Positions 7,923 through 17,062 of a stretch of DNA of 64,000 nucleotides are shown here, piece after piece; positions within the stretch are counted from its first letter, which is position 1; each line of letters starts with the position of its first letter. The notes beneath the pieces were generated by a model. The model made no database searches, had not been told where the DNA came from, and was given only the letters and a program-made list of their open reading frames with translations. The stretch is from Dehalococcoidia bacterium (GTDB lineage: Bacteria > Chloroflexota > Dehalococcoidia > UBA2979), in NCBI GenBank assembly GCA_965261685.1, contig CBDHDI010000012.1, forward strand, positions 2,426-66,425, read 5' to 3'. The translations under genes were made by a program, and so were the position numbers.

Positions 7923-9191
7923 CTACTGGAGGTCGCGCACCCTCGGCAGGAGGACGTGTGCGGCGAGCCCCAGCGCGACGAGCAGCAGGGCGAAGCTGCC
8001 GAGTCCCACCTGCGGTCCCATCACCTCGGCGAGCAGGCCGACGACGAAGGCGCCGAGCGCCATCGTCCCGACCTGCATCATCAGCACGCTCATCACGCGG
8101 CCCCGGTATGCGTCCTCGGCGTGCTGGTGAATCAGCACCACGTTGAGCGCCTGCCGCCCGGCCTCGCCCACCCCGACGATGAACATCAGGCCGAACGACA
8201 GCACGAAGATCGAGGAGGCCGAGAACGCCGTCAGCCCGAGGCCCATCACCACCATGCTTGCGAGCAGCAGCCTCCCGCGATGCCGCGGCGGCAGCGAGGC
8301 GAGCGCGAGTGCGCCGGTCAGCGAGCCGAAGCCCGCGAGGCTCATCAGGATGCCGAGTTGCGCCGCACCGCCATCGAGCACGTCGGCCACGAACCCCGGC
8401 ATGAGGCGGATGTAGGGCATCCCCAGCAGCGAGGTGATGAAGCCGATGCCGAGCAGCGAGAAGACCGTGGGCGTGCGGAGGATGTAGGCGAAGCCCTCGC
8501 GGAGCTCCTTGATGACATTCTTCGCGCTCATCGAGCGCGGGCGCGGCGCCCGCTTCGGCACGCGGGTGAGCAGCACGATCGAGAGCGTGAGCAGGACGGT
8601 CATGAGCGCGTAGACCCATTCCGGATCGGTGATCGCCAGCATGATCCCGGCGAAGGCGGGTCCGAAGAGCCGCATGACGTTCATGCTCGCCGTGTTCAGC
8701 GAGACGGCGTTCTGCAACTGGGCCGTGGGGACGATCTCGGGTGGCATCGATTGGCGGGCCGGCATCATCAGCCCGCTGGTCACGCCCTGCGCGAAGGCGG
8801 CGATCAGCAGGTACTCGTAGCGCAGCAGACCCGCGAAGAGCAGCAGCGCGATCGCGGCGGCGTTGAGGGCGGCTGCGACCTGCCCGATCTGGAGGATCAT
8901 GCGCTTGGAGCGGCCGTCGGCGAGCACGCCCCCGTAGAGCGAGAAGATCAGCATCGAGAGTGCGTGGACGAGCGCCATGGTGCCGAGGGCGGCGTAGGAC
9001 CCGGTCAGCAGGTAGACGAGGAAGCCGCGCGAGAGCATCTGCATGTTCATCGCGGCGTTCTGGCTGAGCGAGGCGAGGAAGAACCAGCGGAAGTCGCGGT
9101 CGTGCAGCGAGTCGAAGGTGCGCGCCGAGGTGACGCCGCTGATCAGCCGCGCGGACGCCGTCGGCCGTTCCGCGTCCGCGTCGACGCCCAC
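7923..9191 (-). CDS. MFS transporter (EntS/MFS_3-like), tandem paralogue 2
   Basis: 422 aa and colinear with 6476..7744 (TSARTFDSLHDRDFRWFFLASLS...GGVLADGRSKR). The offset is 1447 bp and the upstream leaders are also similar. Confidence 0.85.
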   Translation of the reverse strand: MGVDADAERPTASARLISGVTSARTFDSLHDRDFRWFFLASLSQNAAMNMQMLSRGFLVYLLTGSYAALGTMALVHALSMLIFSLYGGVLADGRSKRMILQIGQVAAALNAAAIALLLFAGLLRYEYLLIAAFAQGVTSGLMMPARQSMPPEIVPTAQLQNAVSLNTASMNVMRLFGPAFAGIMLAITDPEWVYALMTVLLTLSIVLLTRVPKRAPRPRSMSAKNVIKELREGFAYILRTPTVFSLLGIGFITSLLGMPYIRLMPGFVADVLDGGAAQLGILMSLAGFGSLTGALALASLPPRHRGRLLLASMVVMGLGLTAFSASSIFVLSFGLMFIVGVGEAGRQALNVVLIHQHAEDAYRGRVMSVLMMQVGTMALGAFVVGLLAEVMGPQVGLGSFALLLVALGLAAHVLLPRVRDLQ

Positions 9192-9469
9192 GCCGCCTCT
9201 CGAGGGCGCATCCGGGCGGTCGTCGTCGCGGCGGTTGGCAGTCGTCGGCGCGTTCCCTCGCGAGCGGCCGGCGGGAAGCGGCGGCGCTCATCGTCACGGG
9301 AGGATGCGAAGCGAACTCCAGCCTACCGCAGGGTCACGTCAGGCGAACCCGCGTCCGGCGGGTGTGGGGGCGGGGACGGGCTTGCCCCTCGCCCACACAC
9401 CAGGGGGGAGGGGATGGGCTTGCCTCTCGCGTTCACCCACTCGTCGCGGGACGGGGCTCCGGCGATCGG

Positions 9470-9796
9470 CTACAGGCCCCCGAAGCCTCCACCGGGGATG
9501 TGGGACGACATGTCCCTGTGCGCTTCGCCGATCGCTTCGTCCCTCTGCTGCCGGAGCTTCGCTCCCTCGGCCTGCGCGCGGTGCCATGAGTCGGGGTCCA
9601 TCCCTTCGGGGAGGCCGAGGCCGCTCGCAACTCGCCCGCGCTTCCCCGGCAGGAGGGCGACGCTGATGAGGGCGGCGATGGTGAAGAGGGCGCCCAACAG
9701 GGCCCACAGCCACAGCCGGCGGCCCTTCCTGCTGGCGACGGCGCCCGTCACAGCAGCGAACACTGCCATCAGCACGAGAAGCGGGATCAACTCCAT
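9470..9796 (-). CDS. Small membrane protein (two predicted TM helices), hypothetical
   Basis: Internal ATG 9796 preceded by aagggag. The sequence reads MELIPLLVLMAVFAAVTGAVASRKGRRLWLWALLGALFTIAALISVALLPGKR... Confidence 0.5.
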   Translation of the reverse strand: MELIPLLVLMAVFAAVTGAVASRKGRRLWLWALLGALFTIAALISVALLPGKRGRVASGLGLPEGMDPDSWHRAQAEGAKLRQQRDEAIGEAHRDMSSHIPGGGFGGL

Positions 9797-10008
9797 GCGA
9801 GGACTCCCTTCGCCCCGGCGCACAACGGCTCACTGAGGCTTGTGAGCAGCCGCGGCCAGCATACTCGGACGGACCACCCGACTCGCAGGGCGCCCTCGTA
9901 ACCCGGGAGCTGCGGCCCCAGCGTGGCGGGAGCATTGATCCACCCGCTGGCCGCCCCGATGCTCCGGCGGCGGCAGACGGCGCAGCGAGCGGCGGGGACG
10001 GGGCGCAC

Positions 10009-11256
10009 GTGGCTACGAACGAACCCGCAACGCTCTCGACCCGCGATCGTGCGCGCGCCGAGTCACGGTGGGCGGTCGCGATGCTGGTCGGCCTCTCGAT
10101 GACTGCGCCGCTCGCCATCGACATGTTCCTGCCCTCAATGCCGAACATGGCCGAGGAGTTCGAGGCCTCGACCTCCACGATCCAGCTCGCGGTGACGCTC
10201 TTCCTGCTCGCCTTCGCGGCGTCGCAGCTCGTCTACGGGCCGCTCTCGGACCGCTTCGGGCGGCGGCCCGCGCTCATCGCCGGCCTCGTGCTGTTCGTCG
10301 TGGGCGGTGTGTTGTCGCTGTTCGCCTGGTCGGCGGAGACGCTGATCGCCGGGCGCGTGATCCAGGGCTTCGGCGCCGGGGCGGGCCCCGCGATCGGGCG
10401 CGCGATGGTGCTCGACGTGTTCGGGCGGCAGCGCGCCGCGCGGGTCATGGCCTACATGACGATCGCGACGCCGCTCGCGCCGACGATCGCGCCGATCATC
10501 GGCGGCATCCTGCAGGATCTCTTCGACTGGCGCGCCGTCTTCGTGACGCTGATTGGTATCGGCCTGTTCCTGCTTGTCGCCTACCGGCTGGTGCTGCCGG
10601 AGACGAACGTGCGCCGCGACCGCAGCGCGCTCGGCGTCGTGCAGATGAGCCGCAACTACCGGGAGCTGTTCTCGAGCCGCACGTTCCTCGCCTACGCGCT
10701 GACGATGGGGCTGATGTTCAGCGGGCAGCTGGTCTTCATCTCCGGCTCGTCGTTCGTGCTGATCGACGAACTCGGGCTCTCGCCCGGCCAGTTCGGACTC
10801 GCCTTCGGATTCGCGGCCGTGGGGATCATGAGCGGGGCGTGGCTGTCGAGCCGCCTGGTGGTGCGCTGGGCGAATTCGCGGGTGGTGCTGCTCGGCGCCG
10901 TCTTCGCCGCGAGCGCCGGGGGCGTGATGGCGGCGCTCGCCTGGGGCGGCGTCGCCAGTCCGTGGGCGGTACTGCTGCCGATGTTCGTCTTCGCCGCGGG
11001 GCACGGCATCGCCCGCCCGCCGGCGATGGCCGGCGCCATGATTCCCTTCGAGCGCATGGCGGGTCTCGCCTCGGCGGTGCTCGGCTTCGCCCAGATGGCC
11101 ATCGCCACGGTCTACAACATCAGCTTCAGCATGCTGATCGAGCTGGACCAGGTCGCGCTCGCGAGCGGCATCGCCGCCGCCGCGGTCTGCAACCTCGTCC
11201 TGCTGCTGCTGCTCCGTCCGCCCGCCACGAGGGAGCGCACTCCCGCGGCGTCGTGA
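10009..11256 (+). CDS. MFS drug-efflux transporter, Bcr/CflA subfamily-like
   Basis: 415 aa with LPSMPNMAEEFEASTSTIQLAVTLFLLAFAASQLVYGPLSDRFGRRP. Confidence 0.85.
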   Translation: MATNEPATLSTRDRARAESRWAVAMLVGLSMTAPLAIDMFLPSMPNMAEEFEASTSTIQLAVTLFLLAFAASQLVYGPLSDRFGRRPALIAGLVLFVVGGVLSLFAWSAETLIAGRVIQGFGAGAGPAIGRAMVLDVFGRQRAARVMAYMTIATPLAPTIAPIIGGILQDLFDWRAVFVTLIGIGLFLLVAYRLVLPETNVRRDRSALGVVQMSRNYRELFSSRTFLAYALTMGLMFSGQLVFISGSSFVLIDELGLSPGQFGLAFGFAAVGIMSGAWLSSRLVVRWANSRVVLLGAVFAASAGGVMAALAWGGVASPWAVLLPMFVFAAGHGIARPPAMAGAMIPFERMAGLASAVLGFAQMAIATVYNISFSMLIELDQVALASGIAAAAVCNLVLLLLLRPPATRERTPAAS

Positions 11257-11324
11257 TCGGGGCGCGCGCGATCCAGGGCAGCGTGGCTGCCACGGAGATA
11301 CGAGTCTCGTGCTACACTGACGCC

Positions 11325-11564
11325 GTGAGAAATGTGACTATCGCCCTGGACGACGAGACTGCTCGCTGGGCCCGCATCGAGGCGGCCCGGCAAGACACCA
11401 GCATGTCGAAGCTTGTCGGTGGCCTGCTGCGCGAGCAGATGGCCGGTGCCGGCCGCGAGGCCGATCGCTACGAGCAGGCGCGCCGCTCCTACCTCGCGCG
11501 GCGGCCGAGCTTCCTGAGCGGCGGGAAGGCGTACCCCTCCCGTGACGAAGTGCATCAGCGGTGA
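11325..11564 (+). CDS. vapB: Type II antitoxin (ribbon-helix-helix / VapB-like)
   Basis: VRNVTIALDDETARWARIEAARQDTSMSKLVGGLLREQM... is the tail of ORF 10068..11564. Its stop overlaps the VapC start (GTGA). The start could instead be GTG 11334. Confidence 0.7.
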   Translation: MRNVTIALDDETARWARIEAARQDTSMSKLVGGLLREQMAGAGREADRYEQARRSYLARRPSFLSGGKAYPSRDEVHQR

Positions 11565-11992
11565 GCGTCTTCGTCGACACCAACGTCCTCGTGTACGCGC
11601 GGGACAGCGACCACCCCGCCAAACAGGAGCGCGCTCAGGCGTGGCTGGAACACCTCTGGTCGTCGGCTGAAGGGCGGATCAGCGCGCAGGTGCTGAACGA
11701 GTACTACGTCACTGTCACCCGTCGGCTCGAAGCCCGGCTGTCGCCGGTGGAGGCCCGCGCCGATATCGAGGACCTCCTGGCCTGGAGCCCGCAGCCGATT
11801 GACACCGATCTGGTTCTGCGCGCCCTTGAGATCGGGGAGGCTGCGCAGCTTTCCCACTGGGACGCGCTGATCGTCGCCGCCGCCCAGCGCAGTGGCTGTA
11901 CGCATCTGCTGACGGAAGACCTCAATGACGGGCAGCAGATCGACACCGTCGCCGTGATCAACCCGTTCGCGCACGAGCCGCCTATTCGCTGA
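11561..11992 (+). CDS. vapC: PIN-domain ribonuclease toxin VapC
   Basis: MSVFVDTNVLVYARD...QVLNEYY...HWDALIVAAAQRSGCTHLLTEDLNDG. Confidence 0.9.
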   Translation: MSVFVDTNVLVYARDSDHPAKQERAQAWLEHLWSSAEGRISAQVLNEYYVTVTRRLEARLSPVEARADIEDLLAWSPQPIDTDLVLRALEIGEAAQLSHWDALIVAAAQRSGCTHLLTEDLNDGQQIDTVAVINPFAHEPPIR

Positions 11993-12132
11993 GTTGCACC
12001 AGCGAACGCATCGCCCGCACCGTCCCGTTCGCGTCGGCTGCCGCGTGTTCGACGCACCCTGCCCGCCCCGCCTCACCCCGACCCTCTAGAATCGTCCGGC
12101 TGCCGAACGAGCGCCCGAATCGACCGGGAAGG

Positions 12133-13095
12133 ATGCACCCGATGCCGCCAGCGACCGGAACGCCCGCCTTCGAGGATCTGCCGACCATGGACGAGGGCAG
12201 CGAGGAGCGCCACGCCTGGGATGTCTGGGGGCGCGACGACCAGGTCGGGGCGTTCAACCGTTTGACCCCGGAGCACGTGGTCGCCGCCGCGCGGCTGGTC
12301 CGCACGGGCAAGGTGATCAACCTTGATCTGCCGCTCAACGAGCCGGACCCGCCGCTCAGCGATCGCACCCGCTTCGTCCACCACATCGAGACCGGCCGCC
12401 AGACGCGCGACGACTGGCTCGATGGCTTCTACCTGCAGGGCTCCAGCCAGTGGGACGCCCTCTCACACGTGCGCTACCGCCAGTACGGCTACTGGGGCGG
12501 CCGCCAGGACGAGGACGTCAACGAGGGCCGCGAGTGCGGCATCGACCAGTGGGCGGAGCGCGGCATCGTCGGGCGCGGCGTGCTGATCGACGCCAAGCGC
12601 CACTACGACTGCGCGCCCGACGAGCGCTTCGCGATCACCGGCCCGATGATCGAGGAAGTCGCGGAGGCGCAGGGCGTCGCGATCGAGCCCGGCGACACGC
12701 TGCTGCTGAACACCGGCTGGCTCGAATGGCTGCTCTCGCTCGACCTCGACACGCGTCTGGGCATGCAGGGGTCGGTCGCGCCGAACCCGGACGGGATGCA
12801 GGCGCCCGGCCTCGACGGCGCCCGGGAGACGGCGGCGTGGCTGTGGAACCGCGGCATCAGCGCCGTGGCCGCCGACACGCACGCGATGGAGGCGCTGCAC
12901 GTGAAGCCCGAGGAGGGCTTCCAGCACCGCCGCCTGCTGCCGATGCTCGGCATCGCCATCGGCGAGTACTTCAGCCTTGCCCCGCTCGCGGCGGACTGCG
13001 CGGAGGACGGCGTCTACGAGTTCATGCTCGTCTCCTCGCCGCTCAACGTCCCCGGCGGCGTCGGCTCTCCGCCGAACGCCTACGCGATCAAGTAG
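12133..13095 (+). CDS. Putative cyclase family protein (kynurenine-formamidase-like fold)
   Basis: 320 aa with GSSQWDALSHV...GRGVLIDAKRHY...GDTLLLNTGW...ISAVAADTHAMEA. First gene of a + strand operon with three CoA-transferases. Confidence 0.75.
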   Translation: MHPMPPATGTPAFEDLPTMDEGSEERHAWDVWGRDDQVGAFNRLTPEHVVAAARLVRTGKVINLDLPLNEPDPPLSDRTRFVHHIETGRQTRDDWLDGFYLQGSSQWDALSHVRYRQYGYWGGRQDEDVNEGRECGIDQWAERGIVGRGVLIDAKRHYDCAPDERFAITGPMIEEVAEAQGVAIEPGDTLLLNTGWLEWLLSLDLDTRLGMQGSVAPNPDGMQAPGLDGARETAAWLWNRGISAVAADTHAMEALHVKPEEGFQHRRLLPMLGIAIGEYFSLAPLAADCAEDGVYEFMLVSSPLNVPGGVGSPPNAYAIK

Positions 13096-13122
13096 CGGCG
13101 CGGCGCGGGAGGCGTTCCGGAC

Positions 13123-14406
13123 ATGACCGAGCCGCTGCTCGACGCGGGCGCCCTCGATGGCGTGCGCGTGCTCGAGGTGGGGACGGCCATCGTCGGGCCC
13201 TACTGCGCGCAGAACCTCGCCGACCTCGGGGCGGAGGTGGTGAAGATCGAGCCGCCGGGCGGCGATCCGGTGCGGCTGCTTGCCGGCTTCGCGCCGAACG
13301 AGAGCAAGCTCTTCCACACGCTCAACCGCGGCAAGCGCAGCGTGGTCCTCGATCTGCGTGGGGAAGCCGGGCGTGAGGCGGTGCGCCGCCTGATTCCCGG
13401 CTTCGACGTGTTCGTGATCAACACGCGCCCCGGCGTACCGCAGCGGCTGGGCATCGACTACGAGACGCTGCGAGGGCTGCGCGAGGACCTGATCTACGTC
13501 GAGCACACGAGCTACGGCACGCGCGGCCCGGACGCCCAGCGCCCCGGCGGCGACGTGGTGATCCAGGCCTACAGCGGGCTGATGGCCGCCGAGAGCAAGA
13601 TCGACGAATTCGGCGCGCCGCAGCGCATGAGCAGCACGGTGCTCTCCGACTATGCCGGCGGCATCGCCGGCGCGATGGGGGTCTGCGCGGCGCTCTATCG
13701 CCGCGAGCGCACCGGCCGCGGGCAGTACATCAGCGCGCCGCTGGTGGCGGCCGCCGTCTCCTTCCTCTCCTACTACGTCTCCCGCCTGCCCGCCGTCGAC
13801 GCCGTGACCAGCGACCCGATGCTGGAGCGCGTGCGCGCCGTGCGCGAGGGCGGCGGCGGCTACCGCGAGGTCCTCGAGGCGCGCGGGCTGCAGGTGCTGA
13901 CCCAGAACGCGGCGGGTCTGCTCTACACGAACGGCTACTCCGTCCGCGACGGCGCGATCGTGCTCGGCGCGGTCAGCCCGGAGAACCGCGACCAGATCCG
14001 CGCCGCGCTCGGCATCGAGGACGACCCGACCGCCGATCCGGACTTCAACGCGCTCGACCCCGACAACGGGCCGGTGATCGAGGCGGTCCGCGAGCGCATC
14101 CGCTCCGTCATGCGCGAGCGCACGATGGACGAGTGGATGGAGGCGCTCGACGCCGCCGGCGCGCCCGCCTCGCGCGTCAACCTGCCCGAGGAGGTCGCCG
14201 ACGAGCCGCAGCTCGAGGCGCTGGGGCTGCTGCTCGACCTCGAGCATGAGCTGACCGGGCCGGAGCGCATGGTCGGCGCGCTCGTCGAGATGTCGGAGAG
14301 CGCGACCGGCGCGCGCCGGGCCGCGCCGACCCTCGGCCGCGACACCGTCGAGGTGCTGACGGAGGCCGGCTTCAGCGCCGCGGAGATCGAGGCGCTGACG
14401 GCGTAG
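13123..14406 (+). CDS. Family III CoA-transferase (CaiB/BaiF)
   Basis: GVRVLEVGTAIVGPYCAQNLADLGAEVVKIEPPGGDP...NRGKRSVVLDLR. Confidence 0.9.
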   Translation: MTEPLLDAGALDGVRVLEVGTAIVGPYCAQNLADLGAEVVKIEPPGGDPVRLLAGFAPNESKLFHTLNRGKRSVVLDLRGEAGREAVRRLIPGFDVFVINTRPGVPQRLGIDYETLRGLREDLIYVEHTSYGTRGPDAQRPGGDVVIQAYSGLMAAESKIDEFGAPQRMSSTVLSDYAGGIAGAMGVCAALYRRERTGRGQYISAPLVAAAVSFLSYYVSRLPAVDAVTSDPMLERVRAVREGGGGYREVLEARGLQVLTQNAAGLLYTNGYSVRDGAIVLGAVSPENRDQIRAALGIEDDPTADPDFNALDPDNGPVIEAVRERIRSVMRERTMDEWMEALDAAGAPASRVNLPEEVADEPQLEALGLLLDLEHELTGPERMVGALVEMSESATGARRAAPTLGRDTVEVLTEAGFSAAEIEALTA

Positions 14407-14490
14407 GCCGCTCGCTCCGCGCCCCGAGGCGGCGGGCCGCGGCTTGCGACCGCCTGCGGTATAAGGTGAGCGCCGCCGGAAGGATGGGCA

Positions 14491-15726
14491 ATGGCAGAGC
14501 CGCACGACAGCGCGCCCGTGGACACCGCGCCCCTCGACGACGTGCGCGTCCTCGATCTCTCCGAGGGCATCGCCGGGCCGTTCTGCACCAAGCTGCTGGC
14601 CGCCCTCGGCGCCGACGTGATCAGCGTCGAGGCGCCGGGGCGCGGCGACCGCGCGCGCTCGTACGCGCCGTTCCCGGACGACGACCCGCACCCGGAGCTG
14701 AGCGGGCTCTTCCTCTACCTCAACACCGGCAAGCGCAGCGTCACGCTCGACCTCGCGCAGGCTTCCGGGCGCGCGCTCGGCAGGCGGCTAGCAGGCTGGG
14801 CCGACATCGTGATCGAGGACTTCGCGCCCGGCCGCCTCGACGCCTGGGGTCTCGGCTACGAGGCGCTCGATGCGGCGCACGAGGCGGCGGGGGATGTGGG
14901 GCGGCCGGGAGTGATCGTGGTCTCGGTCGCGGACTTCGGGCAGAGCGGCCCGTACCGCGACTGGCAGGCGACGGACCTGACGGCGCTCGCCCTCGGCGGC
15001 TCGCTCTACATCGCCGGCGACGACGACCGCGAGCCGCTCAAGATCGGGGGGCGGCCGGCGCAGTTCTTCGCCGGGCTCTCCGCCTTCAGCAGCGCGCTGG
15101 TCGCGCTCCACTACCGCGACGCGAGCGGCGGCGAGGGCCAGCACGTCGATGTCTCGATGCACGAGGGCATCGCGACCGCACAGGAGTACCCGGGCGCGGC
15201 GTGGGCCTACAAGCGCGAGATTCGACCTCGGGGCAACAGCCACGCGCCGATGTTCGAGGTGGACGACGGCTGGATCGGGCTGATGTTCCCGCAGGCCCGC
15301 TGGTCACGCTTCTGCGAGCTGATCGGACGGCCGGATATCGAGCACGATCCGCGCTTCAGCGGCGCGCGGCAGCGCCGCGACCACATGGACGAGCTGCGCG
15401 CGGTCGTCGCCGAGTGGACCGCGGGCAAGCGCAAGGCGGACCTCTACCACGCGGTGCAGGCGGTGCAGGCGCCGGCCGGCTACGTTTGCACCGCGCCCGA
15501 CCTGATCGAGTCGCCGCAGTTCATCGAGCGCGAGTTCTTCAGCGAGCTCGATCACCCGGCGGCGGGGCCGCTGCTCTACCCCGGCCTGCCGCTGCGCTTC
15601 GGCACGGTGCGCCCGCCGTTGCGCCGCGCGCCGCTGCTCGGCGAACACAACGCCGAGGTCTACGGCGAGCTGCTGGGCTGCAGCGCCGCCGACCTCGCGC
15701 GGATGCGCGGCGCGGGGGTGATCTAG
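14491..15726 (+). CDS. Family III CoA-transferase (CaiB/BaiF)
   Basis: VRVLDLSEGIAGPFCTKLLAALGADVISVEAPGRGD...NTGKRSVTLDL...WQATDLTALALGGSLY. Confidence 0.9.
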   Translation: MAEPHDSAPVDTAPLDDVRVLDLSEGIAGPFCTKLLAALGADVISVEAPGRGDRARSYAPFPDDDPHPELSGLFLYLNTGKRSVTLDLAQASGRALGRRLAGWADIVIEDFAPGRLDAWGLGYEALDAAHEAAGDVGRPGVIVVSVADFGQSGPYRDWQATDLTALALGGSLYIAGDDDREPLKIGGRPAQFFAGLSAFSSALVALHYRDASGGEGQHVDVSMHEGIATAQEYPGAAWAYKREIRPRGNSHAPMFEVDDGWIGLMFPQARWSRFCELIGRPDIEHDPRFSGARQRRDHMDELRAVVAEWTAGKRKADLYHAVQAVQAPAGYVCTAPDLIESPQFIEREFFSELDHPAAGPLLYPGLPLRFGTVRPPLRRAPLLGEHNAEVYGELLGCSAADLARMRGAGVI

Positions 15727-17012
15727 TGACGGCCGAGCCGCGCGGACCGGGCGCCCTCGCGGGGCTGCGCATCGTCGACCTCTCGCAGGTCTGGGCGGGG
15801 CCGCTGGCGCTGAAGCTGCTCGGCGACATGGGCGCGGACGTGATCAAGGTCGAGTCCGGCCGCCGCACGGACACCGCGCGAGGCGACCCCAACCCGCAGG
15901 GCAGCACCGCGATCTACCCCGACGACGAGCCCGGCCCCGAGCCGTGGAACCGCGCGGGGCTGTTCAACGACCGCAACCGCAGCAAGCGCGGCATCTGCCT
16001 GGACCTCACCATGCCCGAGGGCATCGCGACGCTGAAGCGCGTCGTCGCCGCCTCGGACGTGGTCGCCGAGAGCTACCGCTTCGGCGTGCTCGAACGCCTC
16101 GGCGCGGGCTACGAGGCGTTGCGCGCCGTGAAGCCGGACATCGTCTACGTCTCCTTCTCCAGCCAGGGCGCGACCGGACCGGAGCGCGAGTACGGCTCCT
16201 ACGGCGCGATTCTCGAGCAGACCGCGGGCATCGCCTCGATCACCGGCTACCGCGACGGCCCGCCGACCAGCTCCGGCACCTTCTTCCCCGACCCGGTCGT
16301 CGCGATGCTCGGTGTCGGCGTGATCCTCGCCGCCGTGCGCGGCCGCGACCGCACGGGCGAGGGCTCGTTCGTCGATCTCTCGCAGCGCGAGGTCACGACC
16401 TCGATCGTGCCGGAGATGCTGATGGACTACGCGATGAACAGCCGCACGCGCGGGCCGCAGGGCAACCGCCACGAGGTCCATGCCCCGCAGGGCGTCTACC
16501 CGGCGGCGGGCGAGGACGCCTGGATCGCGATCACCGTGCGCTCGGACGCCGAGTGGCGCGCCCTCGCGGAGCTGATCGGCGGCACGGAACTCGCCTCGGA
16601 CGCGCGCTTCGCGACGCTGCTGGGGCGGCGCCGCCACCACGACGAGGCGGACGCGCTGATCGCCGCCTGGACGCGCGAGCGCGAGCCGCGCGCGACGATG
16701 GAGCAGCTACAGGCGCTCGGCGTGCCTGCCGGCATGGTGCATCGTGGCGACACGCTGATCGAGGACCCGCAACTGGTGGAGCGCGGCTTCTGGGAGCCGG
16801 TGACCCACCCGGCGGCGGGCCGCATCCCGCACCTCAGCCGCCCCTTCAAGCTGAGCCGCACCCCCGGCTGGACCCCGCGCCACGCCCCGATGCTCGGCGA
16901 GCACACCACCGAGGTGCTGCGCGACGTCGCCGGCCTCTCCGAGTCCGAGATCGCCGACCTCGACGCCCTCGGCGTCACGCGCAACGTGCCGGATGCTGCT
17001 GCGGGGGGTTGA
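15726..17012 (+). CDS. Family III CoA-transferase (CaiB/BaiF)
   Basis: GTG 15726 overlaps the preceding TAG by 1 nt. VTAEPRGPGALAGLRIVDLSQVWAGPLALKLLGDMGADVIKVES is the second half of ORF 14466..17012. Confidence 0.85.
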   Translation: MTAEPRGPGALAGLRIVDLSQVWAGPLALKLLGDMGADVIKVESGRRTDTARGDPNPQGSTAIYPDDEPGPEPWNRAGLFNDRNRSKRGICLDLTMPEGIATLKRVVAASDVVAESYRFGVLERLGAGYEALRAVKPDIVYVSFSSQGATGPEREYGSYGAILEQTAGIASITGYRDGPPTSSGTFFPDPVVAMLGVGVILAAVRGRDRTGEGSFVDLSQREVTTSIVPEMLMDYAMNSRTRGPQGNRHEVHAPQGVYPAAGEDAWIAITVRSDAEWRALAELIGGTELASDARFATLLGRRRHHDEADALIAAWTREREPRATMEQLQALGVPAGMVHRGDTLIEDPQLVERGFWEPVTHPAAGRIPHLSRPFKLSRTPGWTPRHAPMLGEHTTEVLRDVAGLSESEIADLDALGVTRNVPDAAAGG

Positions 17013-17062
17013 GGGGGAGGGGGAGGCGTCGTCGGAGGTAGCGGGTGCCGATGATCTGAGTC

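Noticed and set aside
7879-9297. Alternative 472-aa ORF overlapping MFS paralogue 2 in another frame, plus small ORFs in 9300-9470 and 9787-10008.
   Set aside because: The translations are Arg/Pro/Ala-rich. The MFS frame has clear TM periodicity and a paralogue. Nothing supports dual coding.
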